From assembly GCA_030141605.1 (NCBI GenBank), contig JAQGDQ010000125.1:372001-436000 (forward strand): 64,000 bases of DNA. Reading direction: 5' to 3'. Of this stretch, positions 1 through 36,600 are shown piece by piece. The notes beneath the pieces are model-generated. The model worked only from the letters and a program-made list of their open reading frames with translations. It had not been told where the DNA came from and did no database searches. The stretch comes from Tubiluchus corallicola. Lineage: Eukaryota; Animalia; Priapulida. The number at the start of each line of letters is the position of its first letter. Position 1 is the stretch's first letter. The position numbers and the translations under genes were made by a program.

Positions 1-44
1 AAAGCAAAGATAACTTGAAAATAAAAATGTTATAATAAGTTATT

Positions 45-3000
45 TCAGATCTTCCCAGTATAACTGATCAAAGCACTTTTGTCCACTACCTGGTTTGACG
101 ATAAGTTCACTCCTGCTAAGTCAATTTCACCCAGAATTGCTTGAATGTTTTCCTTAATTGGTTTTGCTAGTCCAATGCCGATCTCTCGTTCACATCGACT
201 AGACCATTGACTGTCTATATAACTGGAGGTGGAAGTCGCGCTTGATTCACTTTCATGTCTTAAATCACTCTTTTCATTGTTACTTATAGGTAGTGCCGTA
301 GTGGTTGCTGAAAGATAAGGCTAAGGATTCAGAAACAACTTGCCTTCCAAATGCATACATAAACTATAACAAAGTTTTTGTGAAGTCACACATACAATAA
401 AATGCTAACAACAATAGCCCTAATTCAACTAGGCAAGACTGAAAAATCTTTTTCAAAACTTTTATTGTACAACTATCTGTAAAAAACAAATTCTTGAACT
501 GCCTATAATATCACTCCAGTTATAGTCTAACGTATATCAACTACAGCTATAATATATTAGTCAATAACATCGTTTTAAGTGAAAGCAAAAAAAAGAGTGA
601 ACCTACAAGCAACATCTTTATAGTACCTGTAACTGTAGCTGATTTTGAAGTTAACATCTTTTCATCTATGGCTCCTCCTTCGGGCTCTTGGCGGTGCTGC
701 ATATTAGCCACCTCAAGATTTTCTCCAACGATTTCCATTTCATAACTCAGTATGTTACTTTCGGTACATTCTGCCTTAAATGTTCCTTGAGAACTTCGAC
801 TAGTTTTCCCCACGTCTGTTTTTATGGTTCCATGAGAACTCTGACTAGTTTTTCCCAATGTTTCACGATCTGTTGTTATTTCCATTTCTTTATCATCTTC
901 TGCTTGAGTGATTTCATCAGAGGTATCATCTAATTCCAATTCTACAACAGCTTCATTGGAGCGCTGCATTTTTATATCAGTTCTTTCAATATCAGATTTG
1001 CTCTCGCTTGACATCAAACTTAACAAATAAGCACTTTCATCGTCGTCATCTTCATCATTCAGTGCAATAATTGGGATATCACAAACTTTACCTGATGCAA
1101 TGGAGCCATTTGCTCTGATTTTAGAGGTTTTGTTTTCATGCTGCGTTTCATGCGATTTACCGGATATAACAGTATGAGAGTGGTCATGAGAGTGGTCAGT
1201 ATCTGTGCTGTATAAGGGTGTTTTGTTAGAAGAAACATGAGATGTAGGAGAAGGTAATGATGCACCATTTTTATAAGTAGAATGCTCACCAGTTAACTGC
1301 AATTCATTGTCTTCATTGCTTTTAGAGAATGAATGACTGGGAGATCCTACCTCAATCAAGGAACCTCTAGATGATGCAGAAGCCAATGAATCAGATTCTA
1401 AAAAAATGTACAGTTTTACATAAAGGCTGACACATAAAAGCACCAAAAATAATCAATACACCAATGCAGCATCATAGCTTTTATAGCTGGATGTAGCAGG
1501 ATCTGTACTTGCTCAATAATTTACATGTATTACAATAAAACCTAGATGGTTAAGTGCAATGCTGAGTCAGTAATACCTAGACAAAAAGTTGTAAATTCAA
1601 TGTAAGTGGAATTTTTATACACAAATAACTAAGTGCACTAATACACTCACCTGAGCACACACTTGCTGTTTCTACTTCAAGTTCTGTTCTGCCCTCAGTC
1701 ACACTTTTTTTGAAATCTGGTTCGTCACCTGGGTCATCAGAATCTTCTATCTGCAATCGAGAAACACAAACAACTAGTGTAAGGCATACGTTCACTCCGT
1801 TTCTGCAGCTAAAATATCGTCAAAGTTAAAGCTAAGATAAAGTTAACATATCTCTAAAATGACTGGGTAAAACACAGGTTATATTTATCCACTTTGTTTA
1901 TTTTAACAAGCAGCTATAAATATTCAGTTTCCTCAAATTCTTATTTTCAGTCACTCCATAAAAAAATCTCAAAATATGCTTAAAAAAACAACTTTCAGAC
2001 AAAACTTTTTACAGGGAGTTTATCAACTTACCGGTAAAACTGAAAATTCTTCTAATGGTGGGGTAGGTGTTTCTACAAAGAAAAGATTATTTTTTTAGCT
2101 TTTGCAAGTACACTTAGATATCAATCTAACTTATGGTTGACAGGTTATGAAGTGTAGTAACTTCTACTTACTTGGTATCTCAATGTTGCTTTGTGTTGCT
2201 ATGGACTGATTCAGTGCAGATTTTCGAAGTGAACACCTAAATATCAAATGAATGTCTTCAGAATATTTACCAGCACTTATTACTAGCTATAATGACTGAA
2301 ACCTAGCTAAACAATCAATAACCCCATTGTCAACAGCTGAAGAACCAGCTTGGCATGACAACAATCAATTCCCTTGCACTGGCACACATATCAATTTCAT
2401 CACTCAGGCCAAGTGCTTTATTGGTAATCATTTCTAATGCCACTTTATGCTAACTCAGTTACTTAATGGATACACTCAATTAATCGCCCGGGCCGCACTT
2501 TCATTAGGTTGACAAATCTCTTTGTCCCGCGGGCCCGCGGTGGTCCGCGGGCCGCAATTTGCACACCCCTGTGCTAACTGCTTAATGTTAAAGAAATGAA
2601 TGCACTTCACATGTCGAGTTAGCTACAGAGAAGTAGAATGTACATAACAGTACAAATGTGTAATAGATTTACTAGTAAGTTGATAAGCTATTAACAGTTT
2701 AGAGAATAACAAATAATATACTTATAGCAAGCATAGCCACCAGTTGCTGTTACATAAGAGAAGTAACCTCTTCCACCTCCTAGTCTTGCACCGTCCCTAT
2801 AGCGGTACTCGCAGCAGCTACTCATGGTGATAGACTGAATTCCATCCACATAAATAGTAGCACTGAACGGTCTCAATTCTGAACGTTTAGAGATAATTGT
2901 AAACTCATCTGTAATCGTTTACAATTGCATTTAATAGGTCTCATCCAATTCTGACAACAATATTTTGTAACAAAGATTACCAGAATTTTTTGTATCCTGG

Positions 3001-4555
3001 CTGCCTGACTGTTAACAAGGATCTAGCATTCAATTTTGGTCAGATGGCAGGACTGGAACTTATGATCAAAGATAATGTTCTAAGATTAGCTAACCATTGG
3101 CCAACAGAGGTATCTCAGCCAAGCTTGGGTGTGTTAAACTTATGAGGCATTTCATCTAAGTAAGCATGAATTACATCAACAAGGGCACCAACACGAAAAA
3201 AACCTATTTAGAACATAATTATATTACAGCATTTAAGTTACTGAAACACAATGACGATACGAGAAACAACAAAACCACCTACCACCTGCATTAATAGTGC
3301 CTTCATATACGGTCTTCGTCGTGTTGCCTTGAACCTGTGTGGCTCTGATGTTAACGGCAGACATTCTACCCGAGAAGTGAGCTGGCCCATGGTACTTCAG
3401 CGTTACCCTGCATGCCGGCCACTGCGGTGTTTTATCAATCGGCTTTACAGGCTTTATTTTCAGCCTTACAGGTTTGGGTTGTTGTTTCTTATCCCGATGC
3501 AAAAGAGAATTCAAAGCAGTAGTATTACTAGTAAACAAATGGTGCGCAAGTTTTACGACTATAATATTTAAATTGCTCTCAACATCAGATATAATCTGAT
3601 ACTTTTTGTATAATTTTTCACCTAGTCAGGCAACTGCTCAGGTGTTTGCACAAATACCAGCAGAGTCAATTGCTTACAGTTAAATGTAAATCACCAACTC
3701 GTTTTTTTTTTACTTATTTGCAGTCAAATTTTAGACACTGCCATGTTTTAACTTGTGAGAAACTAGAACATACAATATTTAATTGGCAAAAAGATAAGTG
3801 AAAATAGGTGTATAAAAAATTCTCGCTATAACTCAAATTCATTAAATAGTAGATACCTGTTTCCAATGATGTTTCTTCAGTGGTTTTGTAGGAATCTTCA
3901 ATTCTTGTTCATATGGGCTAAGGCCTGATGAATTGCTCCGCTGCTTAATTCTACGTTTTTTCTGTTTGTGCGAAGCAGAAGACGCCCTCAGTTGTGCACC
4001 AACCTCGAATTAATATTATAAAACAAGTATAAAAATTTGTAATATGCAAATATCATTCAAAACTGTACAAGTGAGACAATTTAATATGATACCTGAGCCC
4101 AATGACATTCCTATAATATAATTAAAATTGCATTGTTAGCTTGCCAAGTATATCACAATAACAGACAAATCAACAACACAACATCAAATAAAAATTTTTA
4201 TTATCGTACTTAACCGTGATAAATCCAGGAAAGAAGCAGTAGATCCACTTTTAACACATTCATAGGATAGAACAGATGACTAGTCATATGAAAAAAGGGA
4301 GCCCATTGGAATTACTAATTCTGATACACTAACTAAATTCATTCTAACTTAGGCCTTTGTAGAAACTAACCACCTACCACCACAACTAAGCTCAAATGCT
4401 ATACGGAAGATTTAATTAAATTATGACAAAAAGTTAAAAATCATGCGCTAATCAAATACCTTTTTCGGTGCAGATGCTTGGATTTCTCCTCTGTTCATAT
4501 CTATAACATGTTGACAAATGGCATTTGCCCACACATCTTGTCCGGCAGGAAACAT
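45..4555 (-). CDS. ERICH3: DUF4590-domain, acidic/Ser-rich protein (ERICH3-like), multi-exon
   Basis: Approximate spliced exons: 4460-4555, 3857-4003, 3283-3488, 2722-2908, 2170-2236, 2032-2072, 1651-1750, 627-1397, 45-307. The segment CRVTLKYHG...TVYEG...RPFSATIYVDGIQSITMSSCCEYRYRDGARLGGGRGYFSYVTATGGYACYKC resembles the ERICH3 DUF4590 signature (FSLTFFLNG..LSSCCEYKH..GSRLGG..GYF..CYKC). A long E/D/S-rich exon follows. Start and stop are tentative. Confidence 0.65.
2486..2571. mobile_element. hAT/Charlie-type MITE terminal fragment
   Basis: GC-rich island in an AT-rich intron, ending ccgcgggccgcaatttgcacacccctg, typical of hAT-Charlie non-autonomous ends. The matching other end was not found. 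Confidence 0.45.
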
Positions 4556-6396
4556 GTTTAAAAATTTCAATTTTTACAAATGCTAAATTAAATCCACTAT
4601 CCCTACAGCTTCTGGGCAGAAATCAATTCTATTAGAAATTGGTAGCGTGGGTACAAGCAGAGGCACCAAGAGCAAGGAAATGAGGTAACATCCCGATGAA
4701 TTATTAATGTACTAACCACTTAATTTAATTAGAGAAAGCAAATGTGTGACTGATTACTGCACCATCTGGTGTGCTTGCAGGTACTACAATGAGTAATGCT
4801 TTGGAAATATTTTACAGTCATTTATATTATTGATGATGTTATGGTTAGCCATAATATCTGATTCAAGGTAAAGTAGATTTGCATTATAGCAATCTGTTCT
4901 AAGGCTAACAGTAACAAATTATGTATTACAATATACAACATAGTAATATAATGTGACAGGCAATGCATGAAACCTGCACACGTGGATAGAATACACATGA
5001 AAACTGCACATAGCTTTGTAATTCATATTTTTAACTGCATGTGATCACCAATAGAATTTACAGGAATTATCCTACTTTTCAGTATTTTTGTTGAGTTATT
5101 ATAGAATACAGATGGCTTTGTATTAGCAAGAAATTGTTTTGTTTTGTCCAAGCTGTTGTCGGTAACTGACAATGTAAAACAGTATAGGATCTTTCTTTCT
5201 ATTTCTATCTAAGTATTTGTCAGATTCACTGAGCAATAATTATATACTACTTATGTAATTTTCACAAAATGTAACTATTTCTACTATTGCGATGCGATTT
5301 TGACAATTTTTGTGTTACCTTGTAAGGGTAAGCCCTACAGTACACTTACATGCATGTGTAATATTTCCTACATCAAGATCTAAAAAATCTAATTTGACTT
5401 AATTCAGTCAAATCCAATTTAATCCAATCTAAATTAAACCTAGTCTCTCTCCAACTAATGTAAATTAATGTAATCTAATCCGATTGAATCGAATCTAATT
5501 GAGTACAATGATTTTAATCTATTTAGTTTAACTAAAAAAATCTAGAGCAATATGTTTATAAAGCAACATGTTCATTTGCTTCACTAATTTTTGATAAGTG
5601 GGCTAAGAATATAAATAATTTGATTAAGCAGATGTCAGATCCAATCAGTGACATTCTCATTTACATCAAGGTCAAAAATATTGATCGTAAGAATAAAAAG
5701 CTGTAACATTATTTCTGCTGAACCACATTCAAGTCAAACTAATTCAAAGCATCATTAATGTGCAAAGTTTTCAGGTGTTACAAGTGAAATCAGCTTTTTG
5801 CACGACATACAACGACGCCAATTTCATGCAGATGAAATCAAATTGCAATTTAATCGCCATAACTTAAAAAAAATACAAAAGACTTCTATGGATATAAATT
5901 TCAAATTTCTATTTTTTCATTTCTCAAGGAAGAAACTGATTTCAAAAAATAAGTACTTCTTAAATGTGAGTCACGCTAGATCTTAATTAAACAGTAACTT
6001 AAATTACATTTTAATTTCAATGCCTGCTCATGTTAACTGGCACTGACTTTAATGCTATTGCAGAACGGCAGAACTTGTCAATCATTCCTGTTATTATGTT
6101 AATCACAGAAAAAATCATACTTTTTAGTAGTGGATGACTTTTAACACAAGAGTACGAGATTTACATATCAAGAACTAGCTAATATGATATTGCCACCTGC
6201 TGTTCTTATGTAGTAGTTTTACTTTTACTAACTAATGTAAAAGCAATTTTACCTTTATTAACTAATGTTAATATAAGTACGCAGAATTTACTTTTGAGTA
6301 CTATTCATAGCATTTCATGTACTCATTTTTGAAAACGAACAATACAAAACAATAGCAAATGAATAAAACAGGTTTGCCACTGATACCTTGTTGCCA

Positions 6397-28264
<21,868 letters not shown>

Positions 28265-28836
28265 TTTCAAGTCTTGCCTTCACGTCTGCCTGTAAGGAAA
28301 TAAAGGCTGAAAAAACAATAAGAGAAAAATTTACCTTAGACCTATTAAAAAAGAAAAGACTCGAGAACTGATGTTTTGCACCTGAATGAGCTTGTTTTTG
28401 CTCAATGTGTATAATAATGTAACGTATCGTAATGTGACCATATAATTTTATATTAGTTTACATATGTGGTGACTGCAAGCGTTGCAAAAGGTCGAATGGT
28501 TATGAGTGTATCATACAACCCAGTTTTGGGTTCCTAACACACAAAGCTACCAAAATCAAAGCCATAATAAATGCACACAGCTGCAAAGGTGAATGTTAAA
28601 GTGAGTCATATAAGTACATAAAACTACTCTATAATTTATAACTAGTAAAACCAATGTCACTGGTTACCAGATACAGCCTATCTTGCCGAAGCAAATAAAG
28701 AAATTCAAAAACCATAAATCACAGTACGCACACAATCAATTAAACCATAGATCTATAGGCAATATGTAACTGCACATGTAAGTATGTATGATCTCGATCT
28801 ATATTACGTTGTTAACTGTATCATACAACAAAATAA

Positions 28837-28848
28837 TTTCCCGCCAAA
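28837..28848. promoter_or_regulatory. E2F-type site in the MCM3/TSEN34 divergent promoter
   Basis: TTTCCCGCCAAA (overlapping TTTSSCGC-like sites on both strands), ~570 bp from the MCM3 ATG and ~270 bp from the TSEN34 ATG. Confidence 0.6.
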
Positions 28849-29114
28849 TCCTACTGACATAAAATATTGTTCTCATAAAATGTTAAATTTCAAACGGTCA
28901 ATAAATTTAGCATATGGGGGTTTATTTATTTTTATTTTTGTTTTATTACTTTTTACAATAACTTGCATAAAAAACTTTTAAAATTATTAAAATTATTTTT
29001 CTAATAAATACTATTAACGAGCAACAGAGAGCGCTACACAAAACTACCTGCTGTACCAGCATGGGTACGAAAAATGCGGTGCATGTTTTGCTATCCTAAT
29101 GCGGAGATTAAAAT

Positions 29115-32100
29115 ATGATTCCACTATTTAAAATTGGGAAAGACAATGCAGTTATGGTTTTTAATGCAAATGGTGAAGATTAGTTTTATTAATATTGTTT
29201 TAGTAGAGCAGGATTAGCTTAATAAATCCAGCCGCTTATTGTGGCTTGAATGAGACTGTATTAATTATTATTCTTTAACGTATTAGCCCCTTCATTATGT
29301 AGTTGCTTTTTAACTGTGCCGTATTGACTTTTGAACATTTGACGATAACTTCTTGTGATGTGTTACTAAAACAGAATCTTGTAAATAAACAAATAGTCGT
29401 TTGTTATTAAGCATTAATTGAATATTGTTAGTTTTATTTGTACGTATACACGCGCATGTGTGCCCGCATAAATAAGCATGTACTTATTTTTAGAAACCAA
29501 TTTTCACAACAGTGACAATACTAATCTATAACATGCAATCATTTTGTAAGAAATACAGAACAAGCGACTAAACATATGTTTCATCAACCATCCACAAAAT
29601 GTAATGATTTTGCGTAAGAACATGCTACTCAGTACAGTATTGTGGAATGCACCTTTTTTCAGATGCTGATTGGCTGGTTAGCATTACCTGTTGCGAAGCA
29701 ACACCAATCCCATAGCTGTTTAACTTTTCTACAATGTTTTTGCAAGGCTGTAGCAGTGAAAAAACAGACCCTGTTAACTGCACTTAGTGCTGAGCTCCAG
29801 CAGCAGTCTACTGCCTTCCGGCTCTTATACGAAAAATGTAGGTGGCAGTGTGTAACCTTCCATAGTGAAAGGGTTAAAATCTGCCATTTATTAAACCGAA
29901 AACTTCCGTTTATAAATCCCCCTTGCGCACTTTGAAGACAACATACCTGTGACGTATTACCCCATGATTTTCTGCATTTTATGTTGAGCTAGATCAGTGT
30001 CTTTATTGTAAGCATGTTTTGCATTTTTGCCACTTAATTCTTTACCTTTAATGGCCTAATTTACACGTTACAATGCTGAAGCATCTGTCAAGCAGAAAGT
30101 TGAAAAACTACACAAATTCAAAGAACTTAAACTCAGCCAGCGAGAAGCAATGACTGAATCAGGCATCTCCACGTGGCTTGCTGTAAAATCTCATACAGAA
30201 TGAAGCACATATGAGATGGCAGGCTGACAAGCACATTAACCAGAAAAGTCATTGGAGTGGAAAAGATGTGCATATTCAGCAAGCTTTGTTGGTGTAGTTT
30301 CTGCAGAAACTGCAAAATCTGCCTGTAAATAGACCAGTACTTTGTTAGAAGTCGCTGAACAAGCAGGTGTGGCTAGTTTTCGCTCTGCATATAGCTTGTT
30401 TAGTAGAGGGGGAAAAAGTAAGGGAGAAGCTGAATCTACTGAAGAGATTGGCTTCCAGAAATTCTTCTAAATTGTAAGAACAGAAACATCATGAATGTTG
30501 GTGAAATTCGTGTTTTCCACAGAGCTTTGCCATATTCCATCTACCTGAAGAACAAGAGTCAAAGACATTTAAACGGATTTAAAATGGCAAAGGATGGGGT
30601 TACATTGTTGGTTGTCTGCACCATGGAGGGAACCAAAGGAGACCTCCTGTTGATAGGAAAATCGAGAATGCCGGGATGCTTGAGAAACGTCAAGCATTTT
30701 CCCGTGCAGTACAAATATTCGTCTAAAGCTTCGATTACTGTGTTTGATTGGGAACGACGTCTGGGGTCACTAGACTTGTATATGAGGAGAGAGAATTGAA
30801 AGTGTTGCTGTTAGTCGACAAGTGCACATGTGCCATTTGAGGGTTTCGTAAACATAACAGTGAAGTTTTTGCCACCAAACACAATGTCAGTCTCACAGTT
30901 TTGTGATCAAGGGATAATTTGCTGTCTGAAGACACACTTCAGACACCAGTTAAGACAGATGCTTATTGATGCAATTGATGACAGCAAACAACAATGGCAA
31001 ATGGCATCATCAAAAAATTCACTGTATTAAAGGTTATGAACAAGATCTTGTAAGGGGAAAATAAGTCAAAAATGTGACAATTCAAAACTGTTGGAAAAGG
31101 AGGTTCTATCATTCTTGATGCAGGTGGCAAAGAAGATGAAGTTTTAGTGGATGTGCCCATGCCATTAGATTAACTATAATTTCTTTGCATCATAACACAT
31201 GACAACATAAAATTTAATATTAATTTAATAAATTCATATCACACAGCATTATTAATTTCTTTTCATGTTTCGCTTTCTTTTCTCTCTCTATTTCACTATT
31301 TTGTCACTCTCATTGTTTTTGTTTAGTATTTTTTCATTGCTAGTGTTATATCCTGTTAAATTACATATTCACTTATCAGGTGAATCTAACTAACTTCGGC
31401 TAACAGACAAACCTTAAAATAGCATTGAAATATTGATTACTATAAATTACAAGCGCTTGTATTTTATTTTGTGTTCATATCTATTTTACGTGAAATTCAA
31501 TATTGTATTTATCTAATATTTATTTAAGGGCAAACTTTTATTTAAACCTGTAATATATATTTTGGCCTATTGTTTCAATAAATTTTTTCATTTTATTATG
31601 AAAGTGGCGGAACAACTATGACAATTCAGCCACACGAACTGCAAAATATCAGTGACAGTTCATGTTCTGGTTTACTAACAGTCGATTGAGTGTAACCAGA
31701 AGAGCAATAAAACTGTCCTTTTCCCTAGTACATTTATTACTTTTGGTTTACTAGTACCATCTAATTCAATAACTGCAGACAGCCACAGAAAACAATGAAG
31801 AATAGAACAAGACAGTTTGCTGCATTTCGTACACTGCATATTTAGCATAATGCATGTGTAATGTGTAACAGTATGCATTATATTTAGCATGTTGTAGGTA
31901 GCTAAGATTATTTCGAACTTCAATGAATTTTTCAACTTTAGTTTTTTTCATAAATAGATGCATTTACCCTGATAACTGAACATAGGATTGTGGGCTCGTT
32001 GCTAGGATGCTTGCCACAGGCACCAAGACAGAATCAGCAGCTGGGGCTTCCATTACTATTGCAGCCTGAAGAAGTCACCCTACTCATTGAAAAAGGTATG

Positions 32101-33597
32101 ATTACGTGCTTTGGTTTCAACTTTTCAATATGGAGTCCCAAAGAAAATAATACTGCACATTTGTTTATCGACACTTTCCGTACTTTTTTAGGTATTGCAG
32201 TTGTGTACAGTTCATCAAACTTGCTTAATGATCCTCAAGAGGAAGAAAAAGAGCAGTTTATAAACTCCAGACAAATGATAATTTCAGAACAGGTACATGT
32301 CTTGCATCATTTGTGCTAAAGCATTGTTGTCACAATAATCATGCATGAATGATCTTTTTTACTTTTTCTGAAGAATTAACCAGATAGCAAGATTAATAAT
32401 GAATAGCTGCTGAAGCCTAAGCCTTGATCTGTGTGTGACATTTGGTTCTTCAAATGCTTTAGGTGCCTAAGTTGCTTTTAATTTTTAGAAAATGTTCTGT
32501 AACTAGAGTCAAATAAAGGGTTAAAACAAGCCATTTAAAGATTGAGCAAAGTGAGTTTTTTACACAAATTGTCCCAAATGAAGTAAAATAAACATTCAAG
32601 TAACTAAGTATCCGCATAATAAGTACAACTTCAGAAATAGTTTGAATACTTATTTAGAAGAGATGCTGACATGCTACAGCTTTTATGGAGTTTGCATTTG
32701 TGTTATTGTACTGATAATTATAATTATTATTGTACACTGTACTGTTATTTGTTTTTTTTTGGCAGGTGGAAGCAGGCACTGAAAATAAGAAGCAGCAGAT
32801 GATTGAACTAGCTGACACGTATGTTTTTCCTTGCAAAATGCAGGCCTGCATAATAACTGAATTATCATGTTAACAGAACCTAAGATAAGGCTGGGTTTGG
32901 GGTGCACCAAAAATGTTCTGATTACTAAATCTGTACTTTATTTAATGGTTGTGTAGTAAAGTATTAATTATTTTAAAAGCAGCCTTAATTATTTCAAAAA
33001 CTGTTCAAACTGTTTTGTTCAATCAATAAAACCAGTAAGCAAAACTGCAGTATTATCATTCTTTACTAGCTCTTATTGATTGACTACATGGTATATAACT
33101 GATGGTGCATCACATTCTTTGAATTATCATATAGAAACATAAAGCAAAGTGTTGGTTTTTGTGGTAGGTCCACTATTTACTATCAGCCTTTTTCGGATAA
33201 ATTTTTGTAAGTATTAGGCATGTATTTGATTTATGTAATATATTTTTTACCAAATGTGACAATATTAAAAAAAGTAACTTCGGTATACTGAAAATTCCCT
33301 GAACATTATTTCAGTGATTACTACTGAGGTTTGAAACCAGTTTTTATACTAATATTCAAGGAAATTAGGCTATCGGAATGTTCGGCTAAACTTACAGTGC
33401 ACAGATATACAAATAAATGCCTACTTTGAGGCCAATAGTTGCACTACTGTCGGAAAAATAGGATTTATTGTTTTATTATACACCATTAGAAATTCCACAG
33501 ACCAATGTCATGCATTCATTTGTACCAAACTTCTATGAAAGTCACAGTGGATTCCATGTGATATTTGTTGACGAATTTCGGAATTACAAGACTGGTG

Positions 33598-33632
<35 letters not shown>

Positions 33633-36600
33633 GTATTGTTTCTGCACTCGTTAACATTGCAATTTGCATGTTCAACTTCAAAGGAAAGGCCAAGCATTCT
33701 GGGAAATTAGGCGTATTTCAGGGTTTGCAAGAATGTTAAAAGGATTTTATAATAAATGTATGATAAGCGCCTCGTGCAATTAGTAAAAATTGTGATGTTT
33801 TTGATTGAACGTTAGGTAAGCTGCAGAAGTTTGAATTAGTAGTAAGCAGGCCTATGAAAAGTCACTAGTAATAGTTGTATATTTTCTCTCTTTTACAGAA
33901 TTGTTGCTGGAAAACTGGCAAAATTGCAAAATCGAAGTCAGAAAAAGTCGAAAAAGTGGAGACGAAAATTGAATAGTGAAAGAAAAAGTGAGCAGAATTC
34001 AGAACATGAAACCTCAAATGGTGAGGGGAAAGTACAGTGTAACAGACTCGGGAAAGAGATGCTGCATTGTAAACTTTGCAAATCCAAGTTTCCAAGTTTT
34101 TGTTAATTTTGTTTAGTGATAACGCTTTTAAAGTGCAGTTAACACTAATTCGAACTGTTTGTGCAATTAGCAATGAAGTTTGAAGATAATGCTAATAATG
34201 GTAGCATCTTTCACGTCTATAATCATAATAACTAAGTGTTCTTGACTGTTTAAGTTATGAACAGCTTCTCCATATTATTGTTTAGGCAGTTCTTCGCCTA
34301 CTTGCAAACCTTCTGTAGATGAAGCTGAAGCAGATGGTGGTTGTGATTTGCTAGAAAATCTGCCAAATCCATTGTGCGAGTCAACAGAAACAGAAAATTT
34401 TCTAGACGATAATACCGCTAAACCAGATATTGCTGAAATGAAGGAAGAGATTATTGCCAGTTTAATGAAAGATGTGCAACCGATGCATCCTAACCATTGC
34501 AAGGTGCAAATTTCCACAGGTTGGTCTTTCTTGCTTTTGAATTGAGAAATGGTGCCATTATAAATTTTATGAAACTGTCTTGAATTTCAGTGTCACTTTT
34601 GTATAGTATAGATTGTCAATGGTTACTTGAAAATGAATTTTTAAAATTTATCAGTCTAAATTGGGGACCCTTATTGCAAACAGCTGATATTCATGTAAAT
34701 AATTATAATTATAAGTTTGTTTATCATAATACAATCAAAAGGTTGAATTACAGAACAAAGTAAAATCACAAAATATAAGATTTTTTTAAAAGAATAAGCA
34801 AAGTAAAATGTACACGACAATCGTTATTACACTGTTACAAGACACACGAAAGAAAGAAATTAAAATGAGTCTAAACTTATGTTTCGGAAATTAAATAAAT
34901 CGTATGAGATAAAACTGTTCTTGAATTTCTGTTCTGCATCCAGGTCTTTTCAGATGGTGGCGAATACTATATTTACGTGTACGGGCATCTGGCACTAGAG
35001 TGTCGATTTTATTATTAGGATTTTGAATTGATTAGAACATGTTTTTGCAAAAATTTTCACTGTAGTTCAAGTAAAGGTTGATGATTCATGTTTGGTGAAG
35101 CCGGTTTAGTTTATATACAACAGCATATAAATTTAGTCAGTAGTTTGAAAAGTATCTAGTTATTGCTTCTGGTTATTATTGTGTCACCATTCCTTTTCTG
35201 AAATTTTATCATGTAAACCAAGCAAGCATGACATCAAACTGAAACACTGACCTTGTAAGCAATTCTGTATTGTAAGAGTTAGCTGTTCACTGTGTTAAAA
35301 CTGTGTCCTGTCATACACCTATTTTGTATCACGTTTATTTAGAAAGTTCTAGGTTACAATATTTGACGCCATCAATCTGTGACTGGACATATCCTCAAAC
35401 TCCGTCAGAATGCCTTAGATACAGAGTGTTCAAGGACCTGTGGGAGAAAAATTACTATATGACAAAAGCTAGTAAATTTGGAGGCGATTTCTTAATTTAC
35501 CCAGGTACATTTCACTTTTTTGTTGTACAGCTTGTGTATTGCTCTAAAGATGATTATTTTCACAATGTGTGAACGTGATTGTGGCAGTGTCTTATTAATA
35601 ATGTTCGAATGATTCCATTATTGGGGAACAATGACTGCTCTTTGGGTCTAATTATAGTTTACTGTTGGGCTGTACAGATTTCCATTGTTGTGTACCATTT
35701 TGCACAGTGGAGTACCATATTTTTCGATCTATAACGCTTTTCCAGTAAAATTCAATACTAAAAACAGCCTCCAGTTTGTGCACTGAATGTAAAAGCCTGA
35801 TGTAAGCCACAGTATTTTTTACTTCATTAATATTAGACGAATATATTAACAATTTGCGCAGTGTAAAGCATATTTTGGTTACACAGAAAAATGTAAAGCA
35901 TGTTTAACTTTTAAATTGCATTTTGTACCTTCAGCCTCTGTCATGCAAATCAGTGTGACTCATAAGTAAACCTCTCAACACATTTCATTTATCAGTGACT
36001 TTTAGGCACTGTGCTGCCATAGTGTAGAATGACATTAAATTGGAAACAAGCACATATTTTTAGGACTAATACATCTGGTGCTGCATGTATTAATTCTTAT
36101 TAGAATAGGCAAAAAACTTCTGATTGAGGCCTTAAACTTCTTTGTTAATTTTGCCCTTCAAAATGGGAATGCACTTTATATGCTGGGGTATCTTATATGG
36201 TAAAAAATACGGTAAATTCTTGACAGTTACAGGCAGGTAAGATTGCGATTGTTGAGTATACCTGATAATTGCTTACGAATGTATGACGTTCATAAAGAGT
36301 TTTACCATCTGTCATTGTAACTGAGCGAGTTGATGTTATAATAATTGCAGAACGTTTTAAGTGGATTTTGGTGATGTGTCCTCCATAATCCATTTGTGTT
36401 CATTTATGTGTGTTTGTGTTGTTCATTATTTCTATATTTATGAAATAAACACTCCATATTTATGCTGTTAATCTCATGCTCCTGTTTGATTGGTACCTAC
36501 TATGCAGTAGGATACAATTCTATGAATTTACCCATAGTTGGAATTTCTTTACAGCCATTTAACTGCATTTTTCTGTAGGCATTGTATATGCAATTTAAAG

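Noticed and set aside
5385-5530. Degenerate AATCT/AATTT pentamer tract as a functional array
   Set aside because: Looks like a decayed simple repeat.
28470-28540. tRNA gene next to the TSEN34/MCM3 promoter
   Set aside because: An A-box-like stretch only, with no foldable cloverleaf.
30491-31030. Functional domesticated TIGD gene
   Set aside because: Multiple stops and frameshifts and a mutated catalytic motif.
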